Source: Malacoraja senta (Eukaryota). Taken from it: DNA of 64,000 bases. A program made the position numbers and the translations under genes. The stretch is taken from assembly GCA_038087875.1 (NCBI GenBank), contig CM076001.1:2232001-2296000 (forward strand), read 5' to 3'. Positions 25,582 through 39,720 of this stretch are shown here, in pieces. The number at the start of each line of letters is the position of its first letter. Position 1 is the stretch's first letter. Under the pieces are notes generated by a model. That model had not been told where the DNA came from. It saw only the letters and a list, made by a program, of their open reading frames with translations, and made no database searches.

Positions 25582-26708
25582 TTAGCAGGAGGGAAGATAA
25601 AAAACTGGCATACAAACAGAAACTTGAGTGCGATTATGAATGATACCGAGATTGAAAATGTAGCGCTTATTGGCGACGAGGATAAACATAAACTTCTTCA
25701 TATGTGTGCTCCCTTCATTGGCGATATTAGGCTCGATTGGGGAATACAATGTTGCTCACTGCAGCTGAGCGCAGTACATCGAGTCCTTTATTGCAACGTC
25801 ATCGCAGACGCGGACAAGAGGAGAGCGATTCCACACTTGCTCATTGATAGCACCGCGGAAGCATGGCGCGGCTCCTATTTCTGAGTTGGTGTCAACCATG
25901 CAACAACACCGGCCCCCGAATCCATCCGTGGTCGTCAAAAGAAAAGGGCTCGATGAGCGGAAACGATGATGAATTGAGTCTGTAACCTTCAACACATCAC
26001 GTGATCCTGCGTGCCTCCTCTATGTGTTTGCAAAAACTCATATTGACACTTCCTACTTGCAGCATGAAGCCCTATCTGCCACCCTATTTCTGCCGTATGC
26101 CAGGATACTATTCCCAACATGTTTCAAGTGAACACATTTCCAGCAAATGGTTTTATGTTTTTGCTGCTGATTAATTCACTCCTCATCTGTTGTTTCGGTG
26201 TAACCACAGGGTGAGTGAGAGACAAAACGATTAGGAAATAGGAGGGGCAACGTGGTTCCAGTCACTTGGAGGCCAGGGCGGACGTTAGTGGCGAAGTTAA
26301 TAATATTAGCCTGTACTGCATGGTTCCAAGAGGCAGCGCACAAGCCGTAGTCCGCGCAGGGGAGGCCGAATGGGGAAATTTGCGAGAATGTGTTTGGAAC
26401 AAAGGATGCTCCATATGGACAACGAAGCAACAGGCAACGTACCAAGCCCTGCCATTATCTACACCCGTCTCCCATTCACCAGAGTCCATCCACTAATCCG
26501 CAGGTGGGGATTCACCGTTCGTGTACTACATCTCGTCTCACGCATTTCATTTTTTGTACAATGTCTGGCAGACGCTGCTAAGTTCCTCCAACACAACATT
26601 TTATTTTTCCTGCACATTCCAGCATCTCTAGTCATTTGTGACTTGCCTCTAATGTAATACAATGTTTTCATTTGCGCAAGGCAAATGTAATAGCTGCTGC
26701 ATCATAAG

Positions 26709-29700
26709 TGTAAAGAGGAGTCATAACACACTGTGTCTTTACTACTGTTTATTCATGATACACATACTTTACTGCCCTAGCTGTTCGTGGTCTGTCACCG
26801 GAACCAGAGAGAGAGCACTGGGTGGGAAGGTTGTAATTATACTAGTGATGTGGGGAGTGGTTAGTAGTGGTGAGGTCACTATGTTAAAGGTACATGCACA
26901 TGTCATCTACATCCTTCCCCTTGGAAATAAAAAGCAATACCGTAGTGACAGGGCGACCACGTCTCATACTCTACGAGCAGGTGAGCAAACAGTTAAGCAA
27001 AATCACCATAACAGACAGGCGGCCTGACCACCCGCCCGGACCGGGTACGCAGCTCGCCATCTCCCCCCTCTGCAGGAGGATCATGAGTAGGAGCAGGCGC
27101 GGGTGAGAGAACCGGGGAATCGGGAGGAGAAAGAGAAAACGGAGGCGGAGCAGGGGAAGCAGGAGCAATAGCTGGAAGACGGGCAGGCGAGGGAGGACTG
27201 GCTGGAGGGGCAGGCAACGTGGCAGACAGTGGGGGGAAAAGGGGTCTGCAGGCGGCGGTGGGGGCTCGTTAACAAGCCGCAGATGTTGGCGGGACCGGCG
27301 GTAAATAGTACCGTCATGGTCGACTAGATAGGACCGCGGCGAACCAGCAGTACCGACGACGATGGCAAGCCTGGGGTGACCGGAGGGGGACTGCATCCGG
27401 ACGACTTGGCCAGGGAACAGAGGCGGGAGGGGACGGCAGGACTTGTCGTGGGAGCGCTTTTGGATATCTTGTTTGAAGGCATTGCGCTCCTGGACAGCAG
27501 CGGGCTGGGGAACAGAGGGAACGAGGGACCGCTGTGTCACCGGGATTGGAGGTCTCGTAGTGCGAGACATCAGCCGTTGGCTGGGGAGCCCAAGGCAGTG
27601 TCGCGGCAAATGTTTCGAAGGTTGAGGAGGGCCAGGTAAAAGTCAGAATGGTACAGTGTACAATGTTCCAGCAAGTCCTTAGCACTGCGGACAGCGCGCT
27701 CCGCCAAGCCGTTGCTTTGAGGGTACTCCGGGCTGCTGGTATAGTGTCGGAAGTTCCAGCTGGCAGCGAAACTTCGAAATTCGGCACTCGACAACTGGCT
27801 GCCGTTGTCCGATTGAAGACTTGCCGGGGTGCCAAAGGTTCCGAAGTGGCTGCGCAGCCTCCCGATAACGGCCGAAGAGGTGAGGGAGTGCAGCTGGTCA
27901 ACCTCGAACCAGCTGGAGTACGAGTCCACAAGAACCAGGAAATGCTTGCCACGCCACTCAAAAATGTCAGCGGCGACGGTCATCCAGGGCAGCTCGGGGG
28001 CAGGCTGTTGCAGAAGCGGCTGCCGTTGCTGATGGGGAGCGAGGCTATTGCAGACAGAGCAAGCGGAGACCCTCTCCCGGATGTCTTGGGCCATGCTGGG
28101 CCAGTAGAACAAACTCTGGGCCTGAGACAGGGTGGCCTCGGCCCCAGGATGACCGCGGTGGGCGGTCTGAAAGTATTGGTCCCGCAGGGCAGCAGGCACA
28201 ACGACCTTGTGTCCCTTCACGACCACGCCGTCGTGCAGCACGAGCTCGTCACGGACCAGGAAGTAGGGCACGACTCCAGGCGGCAAGGATGAACGACGGT
28301 CTGGCCAGCCCTGCCTGATGACGTCGGCAAGCTGCTGCAGGGCAGGATCCTTGGCAGTGTTGCTGACCAGGGACTGCATCTGCTGGGAAGGCACAATGTT
28401 GACGTTAAGCACCATCAGGTCAGACGATTAATATGGATGGCGATCGGTGGACGTTAGCGGTGCGCGGGGCAGCGTGTCGGCCACGAACATGTCCTTGCCC
28501 TTGCGATATACAATTTTGAACGTAAAACGCTGGAGCTGCAGCGTCATGCGCTGCAAACGGGACGAGGCAACGTGGATCGGCTTGTTGAGATAGAGACCAG
28601 CGGCTGATGGTCGGTCTCGATCGTGAAGCTGTTGCCCAGAATATAGTCCTTGAACGTGGAGCAGGCAAACACCACAGCAAGCAGCTCCTTCTCTATCTGA
28701 GCATAGCGCTGCTCGGCAGGGGTCATGGTGCGGGACGCGTAGGAAACAGGCAGCTGCAGGCCATCGTGGAGCTGCAGGCAAGCAGCCCCAAGACCGAACT
28801 TGGAGGCGTCGCAGGTACGAACAATTGGACGCTGCAGATCGAAGAATTGGAGAGTGGGGGTACTGCCCAGCCTGGACTTCAGAACGTCAAAAGCTTTCTG
28901 GTAATGCGGGAACCAGGCCCAGGCAGTGTCCTTCTTGATCAACTCCCTCAGGGGCGCGCTCAGCTCGCTGAGGTCGGGGATGAACTTCCCCAAGTAATCA
29001 ACCATGCCCAGGAATCGCTGCAGGCTGGGCACGTCGGTGGGCGAGGACATCCCGGAGACCGCAGCCGTCTTCTGCGGGTCAGGCTTCAGCCCCGATGCGG
29101 TAAAGACGTGGCCCACATAGGTGACCTCCGGGACGCGGAAACGGCACTTGTTTGGGTTTAGTTTGAGGTTGATTTCACGGGCCCGGTCCAGGACTTGACG
29201 GAGGTGGAGATCGTGCTCAGCAACGTCCTTACCGTAGACCAGGATGTCGTCAACGATGATGGCACACGGCAGACCGGCGAACAGCTGCTCCATCGTCCGC
29301 TGGAAGACCTCGCTGGCAGAGTTGATCCCGAATGGCATGCGGAGGAATCGGAACCTGCCGAAGGGCGTGCTGAAGGTAGTCAGGTAGGAGAACCGCTCGT
29401 CCAGCGGTATCTGCTAGAAGGAGCTCTTGGCATCGAGAACCGAGAAGACAGTGGCCGGGCCAACCTGTGCAGCGACGTCCTCCACTGTTCGCATAGGGTA
29501 ATGAGGTTGTCGGTTTGCAAGGTTCAGGTCTTTGGGGTTGATGCAAATGCGAATTTCACTTTTGTCCTTTTTCGCAGCAACAACCATGGTTGAGACCCAC
29601 CGGGTGGGTTCGCTCACCTCCTTCAGGATGCCCATGGTAACCATGTTGAGCAGCGTTAACTCCACCTTGTCCTTCATGGCGAAAGAGACGCGATGTGGTG

Positions 29701-31322
29701 GACGGATCATAGGTTCAACACCGAGGTCGACAACGATCTTGTAGCTGCAGGGCAGCTTGCCCAGCTTGTCATCAAAACGGTCAGGGTATTCGCGCAGGGG
29801 GTCCATAAAGGTCCGTACCTGGTGGATATCATGGTGGAAAGAGACCAAGCCGAGGTCCTGGCACGCCCGGGCACCCAACAGGGTGATGTTGTAAGTATCC
29901 AGTAGATAAAAAGTGAGGGGCCGAGAGGCATGCAGTACCTTGCAGTGCAGGGTAGCCCTCCCCACCGGAACGGGCACGCTACTCCCGTACGCATGCAACA
30001 GGGAGTTATCGGGAGTAACTTTCTCATCAGGCCTTATCTTCTTGAAGAGGCTTATTGACATGACATTGGTCACGGCCCCCGTGTCGAGTTTGGCGGTGAA
30101 GGTCGAGCCGTTGACAGTAACGCGAACCGAAGGGTCCGTTATCAGTGCAGTTGCATCCAACACCGAAAATATGATGGTCTCCCCCTGGGAGGAACTTGTA
30201 TCAGACAAAGGGAGTTCATCAGGCTGGAACTGTGAACCAAGCGCGCTATCAGCTCGAGCAAGGTTGTTTAACATTCGGCGAGGAGCAGGAATTGGCTTCC
30301 CACAGGAGCGACAGGCGGCAGAGAAATGGTTCAATTTCCTGGAAAAGTTGCACGTTTTTCCCAGTGCAGGGCACACATTAGACTGATGGGAGGTAAAGTT
30401 GCAGTTGGGGCACCGCTGTGGGCTGCTACCCCCGGGTGCAGGGGACCCGCGTTGCCGTTGCGGGCCAGCGTTCCGCCGGCGGTCAGCAACACTGGCAAAG
30501 TTAATGTCATGATCAGCAGACCACACTGCCGAGGCGACAGCCTCAGCCATGCGGGAGGCGTGCAGAGCCTCGGCTAAAGACAGGTCATGCTTCCGCAGAA
30601 GTTCAGCCCTTAGTTTTTCATCTTGAAGACCATACACTAAAATGTCCCGGGTCAGTTGATCGGGGGGCAGCGTGTCCAGGCTGCAACGCCTGGCCAGGTG
30701 ACGCAACGCGGAGATATAGTTATCGATTGACTCTCCAGAGATCTGACGCCGGGTGAACATTTTAAAACGCTCTAGAATGCAGTTAGTGGGGATGTCGCAC
30801 ATTGCGGTAAACTTAGCCATAAGACATACTGGGTCCCGAGCATCTTCACCTGCACCATAGACAAACGACAGTCCGTTCCAGGGCATCGGGACCAGCCAGG
30901 TTGAGAAGCAGAGAAGCCCGTGTAGCAGGGGTGGCAGCAGGATGGGCGATCGTGACGTACTGTTGGAAGTCACGTCTAAATACACCCCACCGATGGGCAA
31001 TGTCCGAGTCGAAGACCAGCATATCGGGTTTACGGGAGATAAAAAAACACAATGGGGAAACGGGTCAAAGGAAAGAAAACCCGGTAAACTGGAGGCGCAA
31101 TGGTACGATGCTGACACCATGTAAAGAGGAGTCATAACACACTGTGTCTTTACTACTGTTTATTCATGATACACATACTTTACTGCCCTAGCTGTTCGTG
31201 GTCTGTCACCGGAACCAGAGAGAGAGCACTGGGTGGGAAGGTTGTAATTATACTAGTGATGTGGGGAGTGGTTAGTAGTGGTGAGGTCACTAGGTTAAAG
31301 GTACATGCACATGTCATCTACA
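26709..31322 (-). mobile_element. Ty3/Gypsy LTR retrotransposon (Mag-like, two gag zinc knuckles)
   Basis: 203-bp TG...CA LTRs 26709-26911 and 31120-31322 (1 mismatch); 5-bp TSD ATAAG with empty site at 4118-4122; PBS TGGTGTCAG (tRNA-Leu type); PPT AAGGGGAAGGA. Confidence 0.96.
26971..31135 (-). pseudogene. Disrupted gag-PR-RT-RNaseH-integrase
   Basis: Zinc knuckles CPNCNFTSHQSNVC, protease LDTGA, RT IVDDIL, RNase H CDASKFG/EKELLA, integrase HHCC and SDNG...SNGLAERAV. TAG at 29414 and several frameshifts. Confidence 0.92.
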
Positions 31323-31996
31323 ATAAGGAAACCAGAAAATGAACAACGTATTGCGAAATTGCCAACCGTGTTCTCTTCCCTGGAATAAACATACTTTGGC
31401 CTGATTTACACGGAATTGGATCAATTTCTGATTGCTTTCAAGAATGGACTGGAAGGCTGTTCTGGTAGAAAGGGAAACATACGGAATAAACGCTTAGCAC
31501 GAACCTAATTCCTGCCTAAGGAAGCGAAACAAGCAAGATGAAAATTATCTTTATTTCAAATAAAGACACGTTGCTACATAAAAATGTCTTCGTTAAATTG
31601 GATATCTTTCTGGAAATTGTAGGCGTGTCTTAAAATGTTCGAATGTTATTGATCTGCCTGAACTCAGCTGCGAAAATAAGTGATCGGCAGAATAACCTGG
31701 TATTTTATTGTAATAGAGGGAATGGATCGTCAATTGCAGTGTAAACAAGTGTGTATCCCGCTTAGTTGGTCAATCGGGTAACTACACTGCAAGCTTATTT
31801 GCCAAATACTCCGACTAATCACATATCTACAGAGTCGAAGTTTGGGGCACTGCTACTGCCACGGTATATTTTATCTGAATACAGTAATCGTTGAGGCAGA
31901 GCTTGGGGTGAACAACGTCGGGTGAATATCGGTAACAAGAATTTTCTAAGAGAATTATAAAGATAGGCATCAAGTCGCCAAAGATTTCCACACTAT

Positions 31997-34900
31997 TGTG
32001 GCGGCTCCCAAGGGTCGTGCCATTATACCTGTCGAACCCCTCGGCACGGGAGTGGTTCAGTCCGGAGGCGGCCCTTAGCCAGAGGGTTTAAAGGCAGGGG
32101 CTTGGGTGCCATCTTTCTCTCGTTTGGTCTTCCCTACAGCCGGGAGGTCGTAATAAAAGGTGCTTCTCAAAACACTGGACTTCGTGCTTACTTTCGAGAC
32201 ACACGCACCACATTGGTGACCCCGACGCTCCATTGGCGTCATGATGGAGGGAAGACAAAGCCTTACCTCCTCACAGGCCGGCCCGGCCCTGTCTCTGGAC
32301 GCGGTCTCGGTGAAACTGCCTACCTTCTGGACTACCCGGCCGCTTATCTGGTTCCAGCAGGCGGAGGCCCAGTTCAACCTGCGGGGCATCACGGTCGATG
32401 CCACCCGCTTCTATTACCTGGTGGGGGCTCTCGACCAGGACACGGTTGAGGAGGTCACGGACTTCCTCGCAGCCCCCCCCCCCCCGGACACTGCTAAATA
32501 GCTCGGCCTTAATGAGCTCCTGCTCCAGATTTATGGTCTAAGTAGGATGGAGCGTGCTGCTAGGATCCTGCATATCGAGGGCCTAGGCGACCGACGGCCA
32601 TCCAGCCTCCTAAAGGAGATGGTGGCTCTACTGGACGGGCACACGCCGTGCCTGCTATTCGAGTACACTTACCTGCATCTACTGCCGGCCTACATTCGTC
32701 TGCAGCTCACAGACGTCTCCTTCGCCGACATCAGGGCCCTCGGGAGGCGCGCCGACGCGCTGTGGATGGCGCGCCCTGATGACGTCAGCGCGCTGGCCGT
32801 CAGCAGAGACGGGGAAGCGCTGAGGCCGACGCGCCCTGATGACGTCAACGCGCTGGCCGTCGGCAGGCGTGCCGATGACGTCACCCTGGCAGCTCCCGAT
32901 TTCCTCCGGTGGGGCGCAGGAGCTGTGGAAGGAGTGATAGCTCCAGCCCGACGGCACGTCAGATCGCCCCCGCGGCCGAGAGGGGTACTGCAGGCACCAC
33001 CAACAGGAGCCAGCAAGCTTCAAGTAACACCAACACGAGGCGCTGATGCTACTACCACCAGCGCTGGGGTGCTGCAGCACGACTATGCCGCCAGCCGTGC
33101 ACGTTCCCGGAAAATGCCTGGGCCGGCTGCCAATAGTTCCCGCGGCGGCCGGCCAAATTCACCGCCTCTTCGCCTGGGATCGGCGCTCCGGGACCCGCTT
33201 CCTCGTTGATACTGGAGCGGAGCTCAGCGTCCTGCCCACTTCGCTGGCCGACATTCGTTCCGGTAAGCACGGGCCCGTCCTCACCGCGGCGAATGGCAGC
33301 CCCATCCGCACATATGGAGTGCGCATGGTTCCGATCGTGTTCGGCTCCTGCCATTTCTCGTGGCAGTTCACCATTGCCGACGTCTCCCAGCCATTGCCCG
33401 GGGCCGATTTCCTCCGGGCGCATTCCCTCATGGTGGACGTCAGGCGTCAGCGCTTCGTCAACGCCACTACGATGGAGCCGATCACGTTGCGTTTGTCTCA
33501 ACCGGTGGTACGGCCCCTGTCGTCCGTGGACTCCCGCTTCGCACGTATCTTGGCCGCGTTCCCAGACATTATGACCCCGCAGTTTCGATCATCAACCCCC
33601 AGCCACGGAGTGGTACATTTAATTCAGACTACCGGCCCACCTCTCCACGCACGAGCGCGCCGACTGCCGCCGGATAAACTGCGTCTGGCACGGAGGGAAT
33701 TCCGCATAGTGGAGACCTTGGGGATCGTCCGTCATTCGAGCAGTCCTTGGGCGTCCCCACTCCACATGGTCCCTAAGTCAAGCGGGGGCTGGCGACCTTG
33801 CGGGGATTACCGACGGCTGAATGCCGCAACAACAGCGGATCGATACCCCGTACCCCACATCCAGGACTTCACCGCCCATTTGGCTGGGGCCACAATTTTT
33901 TCAAAAGTGGATCTGGTACGGGGTTATAACCAGATCCCGGTTCATCCGGATGACGTACCCAAGACGGCGATCATCACGCCATTCGGACTTTTTGAGTTCA
34001 CGCGCATGCCGTTCGGCCTCAAGAATGTTGCGCAGGCCTTTCAACGCCTAATGGACGGGGTTTGTCGCGACCTCGAATTCGTGTTTGTGTATCTGGACGA
34101 CATCCTGGTGGCCAGCTGCTCGCACGAGGAGCACTGCGCCCACCTTCGGCAGCTCTGTCAGCGGCTCAGCGAGCATGGTTTGGCCATCAACCTTGACAAA
34201 TGCCGTTTTGGTGTGACCGAGATTGACTTCCTCGGCCACCGCGTGACTGCGCAAGGCGCGGTTCCCCTGCCTGACAGGGTCGACGCCATCCGTCGGTTTC
34301 CCCGCCCACGCACGGTGCGTGGTCTGCAGGAGTTTGTTGGCATGGTGGCGTTTTACCATCGTTTCGTGCCATCCGCGGCCCACATCATGCGGCCGCTGTA
34401 TCAACTCCTGGCGGTGGGCAGCACAAGAACGTTGAATGGACCCACGAGGCAGTGGCAGCTTTTGACGGCGCGAAGGAGGCCCTTGCTCGGGCCGTACTGC
34501 TGGTGCACCCGCGGGCAGATGCCCCGACCGCTCTCACGGTGGATGCCCCGGAGTCGGCGGTTGGTGCTGTGCTGGAGCAACTGACGGGCGGAGGTTGGCG
34601 GCCCCTGCCCTTCTTCAGCCGGCACCTCAACCGCGCGCAGACGAAATACAGCGCGTTCGATCGCGAGTTCCTGGCTCTGTACCTGGCAGTGCGCCATTTT
34701 CGCTACCTCCTGGAGGGCCGCCCGTTCACCGCCTACACGGACCACAAGCCGCTCACTTTCGCCCTGGCGAAGGTTTCCGACCCCTGGTCCGCACGGCAGC
34801 AGCGGCAATTGGCCTACATTTCGGAGTTTACAACGTCTATTCGCTACATCGAGGGGAAAGAGAACCGGGTGGCCGACGCATTGTCCCGCCCCGCTATCAA

Positions 34901-36332
34901 CGCCGTGTTCGAGGTGGCGCCCGGAATCGATTATTCTGCTCTGGCAGAGGCACAGCTCACGGACGATGAGATGCCCGCCTACCGGACTGCCATCTCCGGC
35001 CTCCGCCTTGAGGATGTCCCTCTCGGTCCTGGAGGAGTGACAATCCTGTGCGATGTATCGTCCGGTCAGCCGCGCCCCATCGTCCCTGCCACCAGGCGCC
35101 GGAGGGTCTTCGAGGTGATCCACGGACTGTCTCACCCATCAATCCGGGCGACAACGGCACTAGTGGCCGCTCGTTTCATGTGGCACGGTCTGCGCAAGCA
35201 GGTTGGCCATTGGGCTCGCACCTGCATTCCGTGCCAGGCGGCGAAAATCCAGCGCCATGTCCGTGCGCCTCTCCAGGAGTTTGGTCTTCCTCACCGTCGA
35301 TTCGACCATCTGCACGTAGACATCGTAGGGCCTCTCCCGCCATCCCGGTGAATCACCCACCTTCTCACAATGGTGGACCGCTTCACGCCCGCAAGCTAAC
35401 GGTCTGGTGGACAGGTTCCACCGGCAGCTCAAGGCAGCACTGAAGGCGCGACGCTCCGGCCCGGACTGGATGGACGAGTTGCCCTGGGTCATGCTGGGCA
35501 TCCGGACTGCTCCCAAAGAGGACTTGGCCTCATCATCGGCGGAGCTCGTGTACGGCTCGCCACTCACGGTGCCCGGGGAGTTCGTGCCGTCGGCGTCGGG
35601 GCAGCAGGGAACGCCCTCATCCACCCTAAAGCGCCTTCGCGAGCGAGTTGGCAGGCTCGCACCCGTCCCGACGTCCCGCCATGGGGCATTTCGCCCGCAC
35701 GTGCCATCAGCCCTCAGGGACTGCCCATACGTCTTCCTGCGCCGTGATGCACACCGAACGCCACTCCAGAGGCCGTACGAGGGCCCGTTCCGGGTGTTGG
35801 AACACGGGCAGTCGACTTTTGTACTGGACATGGGGGGCCAGCCGGAGGCCGTGTCAATTGACCGGTTGAACCCGGCACACCTGGACATTGACCAACCGGT
35901 GCTGGTTGCCCAACCTCGGCCTCGAGGGCTCCCCCCCCTCACGGCTCCCTCCGCCTGTCACTCCACCTGTCCTCCCGCCGGTCCCTCAACCTATCCCTCG
36001 ACCCGCCCCTCCATCTATGCCTCCGCCAGCCCCACGATCTGCTGACTTCCGCACGCGGGCCGGCCGGGTCGTGCGCCCGCCGGTGCGTTTCGTGCCTCGG
36101 GTTCTGGGGGGGGTCCTGTGGCGGCTCCCAAGGGTCGTGCCATTATACCTGTCGAACCCCTCGGCACGGGAGTGGTTCAGTCCGGAGGCGGCACTAAGCC
36201 AGAGGGTTTAAAGGCAGGGGCTTGGGTGCCATCTTTCTCTCGTTTGGTCTTCCCTACAGCCGGGAGGACGTAATAAAAGGTGCTTCTCAAAACACTGGAC
36301 TTCGTGCTCACTTTCGAGACACACGCACCACA
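31997..36332 (+). mobile_element. Ty3/Gypsy LTR retrotransposon, CsRn1-like
   Basis: 216-bp LTRs 31997-32212 and 36117-36332 (4 mismatches); 4-bp TSD CTAT; PBS TGGTGACCCCGACG (tRNA-Trp); PPT GTTCTGGGGGGGGTCC; gag VSVKLPTFWTTRPLIWFQQAEAQF. Confidence 0.95.
32241..36045 (+). pseudogene. Disrupted gag-pol of the CsRn1-like element
   Basis: Protease [19 protein letters not shown], RNase H YTDHKPL, integrase HHCC and HVDIVGP. TAG in gag (~32499), frameshift at ~34450, TGA at ~35349 and a deletion of the integrase core (VDRFT joined to PQANGLV). Confidence 0.9.
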
Positions 36333-39149
36333 CTATCTTCAAAATAACAGGGACAAGAATTTCTCAATTAATTCAATGAATTGTCTTACAACATACATAA
36401 AACTAATGCCACTGATAACAATATTAAAACAATCGAGCTTTGTCAGGGGCTGAAAGGAGATAACGGCAAAGGCACGAGTAGGGGCGATATGTGGGCAATG
36501 GCTTTGTAAAATGGCACAGAGGAGACGTTAAGAGAAATGCATGGAATCAGAGATTGAGATGAAGATTTGAACGCCAAAAACGCTCCTGTACTTGAACAAC
36601 GGTATGTCACACTTCATATCGCTGCAAATTGTTTTGTTGGCTGTTCATCTACAGTTTCAATTATGAGATCCACTCCTCGCTTCATCAAACATTTACCAGA
36701 TCACTATTCATTCAAGGAGGAGAAGGCTACTTTGTTATTTTGAAGGTATTTTTAGCGTATGCAAATCTTTTTTGACTTTGTGCCTAGCTTTATTATTCTC
36801 AGCGAAAATGCGTTGTGTTCATATACCAACATTCACGGTGTGCTCCCAAACCGCAAAGCATTCGCGTGAATTATTTATCCTGCCCACCATTCCAACCCAA
36901 CCAAACCAAAATCATGTCTGTGAGTTTCATTAAGTTCAGTTTAGTTTAGCTTAGTTCAGTTCAGTTTAGTTTGGTTTCATTTCGTTTAGTTGAGTTCAAT
37001 TCAGTACAGTACAGTAAAGTTTAGTTTAGTTTAGTTTAGTTTAGTTTAGTTTAGTTTGGTTTAGATCCGTTTATTATTGTCATTTATAATGAGAAATAGT
37101 AAAATATAACGTTTTGTTTGCGTGCTAGGCAGTCAAAGAAAAGACTATACGTGTCTCCGTGTGTGCACTTAGGGACTATGGGATAGAGTGAAAGAATGCT
37201 GGACATATAAATGCCCCATATGGACCAGCGCGGCTTTACTCCTTGAATGGGGACAATGGGGATATACCGTCCTTTGGAATCCTCCAAACTCGCCACAGTT
37301 CCAATGAATATCTTCCAAACCTCCGCGAAGGACTGCATGTCCCCCGACTGAATGTCGTGCACCCTCACCTCTGCACGTAATGAGCAATCACACGTGTTCA
37401 ATGCGTCTTTTCCCCGCTTATCTTCATAACGACGATCTATATTTGTCTTTGCTTATTCAGTTGCTGTATTGTTGTACCTGGCACAATAAACCATTGATCA
37501 TAACATCATTCCTGCATTCCGCCCTTTTCCATACTTTCCTGCTGGCTATTCGAGTTCTCTCCAGTGTTAACCTTCTTTCGACCATAGATCCTATAGCGGA
37601 GCTATATAGATCTTTGCTTTCGACGGTGAAACTGACGGATGTTGAAATATTGAGCAGAACTGAAAATACCGGAGAAGCTCAGTAGATCAGGCTTCAACGG
37701 TAGAGGAAAATAGACAGGCAATGTTTAGGGTCAGTAGCCCAAAATCAGACCAACGAAGGGTCCCGACTCGCCCTATCCATTCCCTTAGCGGATGCTTCCC
37801 GACCTGCTGAGCACTCCGGCGCTATGTGTTTTACTGTGGTTCTCTATGCGAATTTTTATACAAGAATATCGACATAAGAGGTAAATCTGCTTCTCTCTCC
37901 TTTGATACTGTGTGTTTACTGTCCATCCTGAATTTCCTGTTGAGTTAACATTGAATTACGTGAGAAAATCAAAGCGGTACAATTACTAATTAGCCTGTTG
38001 CCCGTTATATCACGGTCGTCACTGCCAACTACCTGTCTCCTGAAGCACGAATGCGGCCAGCAAAGTTGGTTCAATCACAACCGGTTATTGGGCTGGGCCT
38101 ACATATCTTGCTGTGTCTATCGCCCGACCAACTGCTCTTCTCAGATCTAATCCGAATTTTACAACTGAATCCGCCATCACTGCTAATATTTGCACTACAT
38201 TCCAGGAATAGACTACATAAATGACCATGTAGAGGTGTATGCGATCACGAGGGGAATAGACAGCGTGTATTCACAGAGTATTTTACACAGAGTAGGGTCT
38301 TTCGAATCAAGGGCCTGAGGACAACCGTTTAAGGTGAGACGGAGAGATGTAATAGGAACTTGAGGAGATGCTTTTTCACTCAATGGGTGGAGGGTGTGTG
38401 GAACGAGCTGCCAGAGGAGGTTGTTGTGGCAGTTACTACCTCAACTTTTAAAATACATTTCGACTAGGTACATGGAGAGGAAAGGTTTAGAGGGAGATGG
38501 GCCAAACGCAGGCAAATTGGGCTAGTGTAGATGGCGCATTTTGTTCGATGTGCGCGGATTGAGCGGATGGGCCTATTTCCATGCTCAATACTCCCACGAC
38601 TCTATAACATGGTAAATCGACTGCACACCAGATGATATACGACATATAGTTCCCAATGCAACAACACCTCCCAAATCAATTACCTCTGCCACCAAAACAT
38701 TATGAGCAGCGTGTGCACGTGGCCAAGGACAGCGCACAGTGGCTCCCACTCTCTCTCTTTTGGCGAGCCTGCCAACACCGGTCAATATGTCCCATCCACA
38801 CTAATCCCACCAGCCTGCACTTGGCCCATATTCCTCCATGTCTATCCTTTCCATATACCTGTCTAAAGCGTTGCGCTAGTACCTTCCTCCACTACCTTCC
38901 CCGGCAGCTCGAGCCAGACACCCACCACCGTTTGTGTAAAAAAGTTACCTCTCTGGTTCCTGTGAAATCCCCACCACACACCCACACCTTCAACCTGTAT
39001 CCTCTGGTTCTCTATTCCCCTGTACGGGGCAAGTGACGCTGTGCGTTTACCCGATCAATTCCTCCATGATTGTGTACACCCTTCATCCCCCTGCGCATCA
39101 TGGCATAAAGTCCTAGCCACCTCATCCTCACCATATAGCTCAGAGGCAC

Positions 39150-39720
39150 GGCGGCACGGTGGCGTAACGGTATAGTTACTTCCTTACTGCGCTAGAGTCA
39201 TGCGTATCCTGACTACGGGTGCTTGTATGTACACAGTTTGTACGCTCTCCCCGTGACTTGCGTGGGTTTTCTCCTAGATCTTGGGTTTTCGCCCACAATC
39301 CAAAGGCGTACATGTTTGTAGGTTAATTGGCGTGTTTTCAATACCTAGACTATGGAACATCATCCCTCTTCCCAACAGAACAGCTCCCTCCATCAACACT
39401 TGTAAGCCTAGAGTTAAAACTTATTTCTACTCTCAAGCCTTTCTTGAGGTCCTCTGAGGGAGCGCTGTATGTATGTACTTATGTATGTATTGTTGATCTA
39501 TGTACCACTGTATGTAGCACGTTATACCTGCACTAATGTAAAGCACTTTGGACAACGAGAGTTGTTTTTAAATGTGCTATAGAAATAAAATTGACTTGAC
39601 TTGACGAATGTAAAATTGTCCCTAGTGTGTGTAGGGTATTGTTGATGTCCGTTTATCACTGGTAGGTGCGGGCTCGGTGGGCCGAAGGGCCAGTTTCTCT
39701 GAACTACACGAAACAAACTC
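39150..39720 (+). mobile_element. HE1-like SINE interrupted by a LINE 3' tail (~39331-39605)
   Basis: The SINE head and tail match the 10597 and 19984 copies; the inserted piece ends AATAAAATTGACTTGACTTGAC. Confidence 0.72.
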
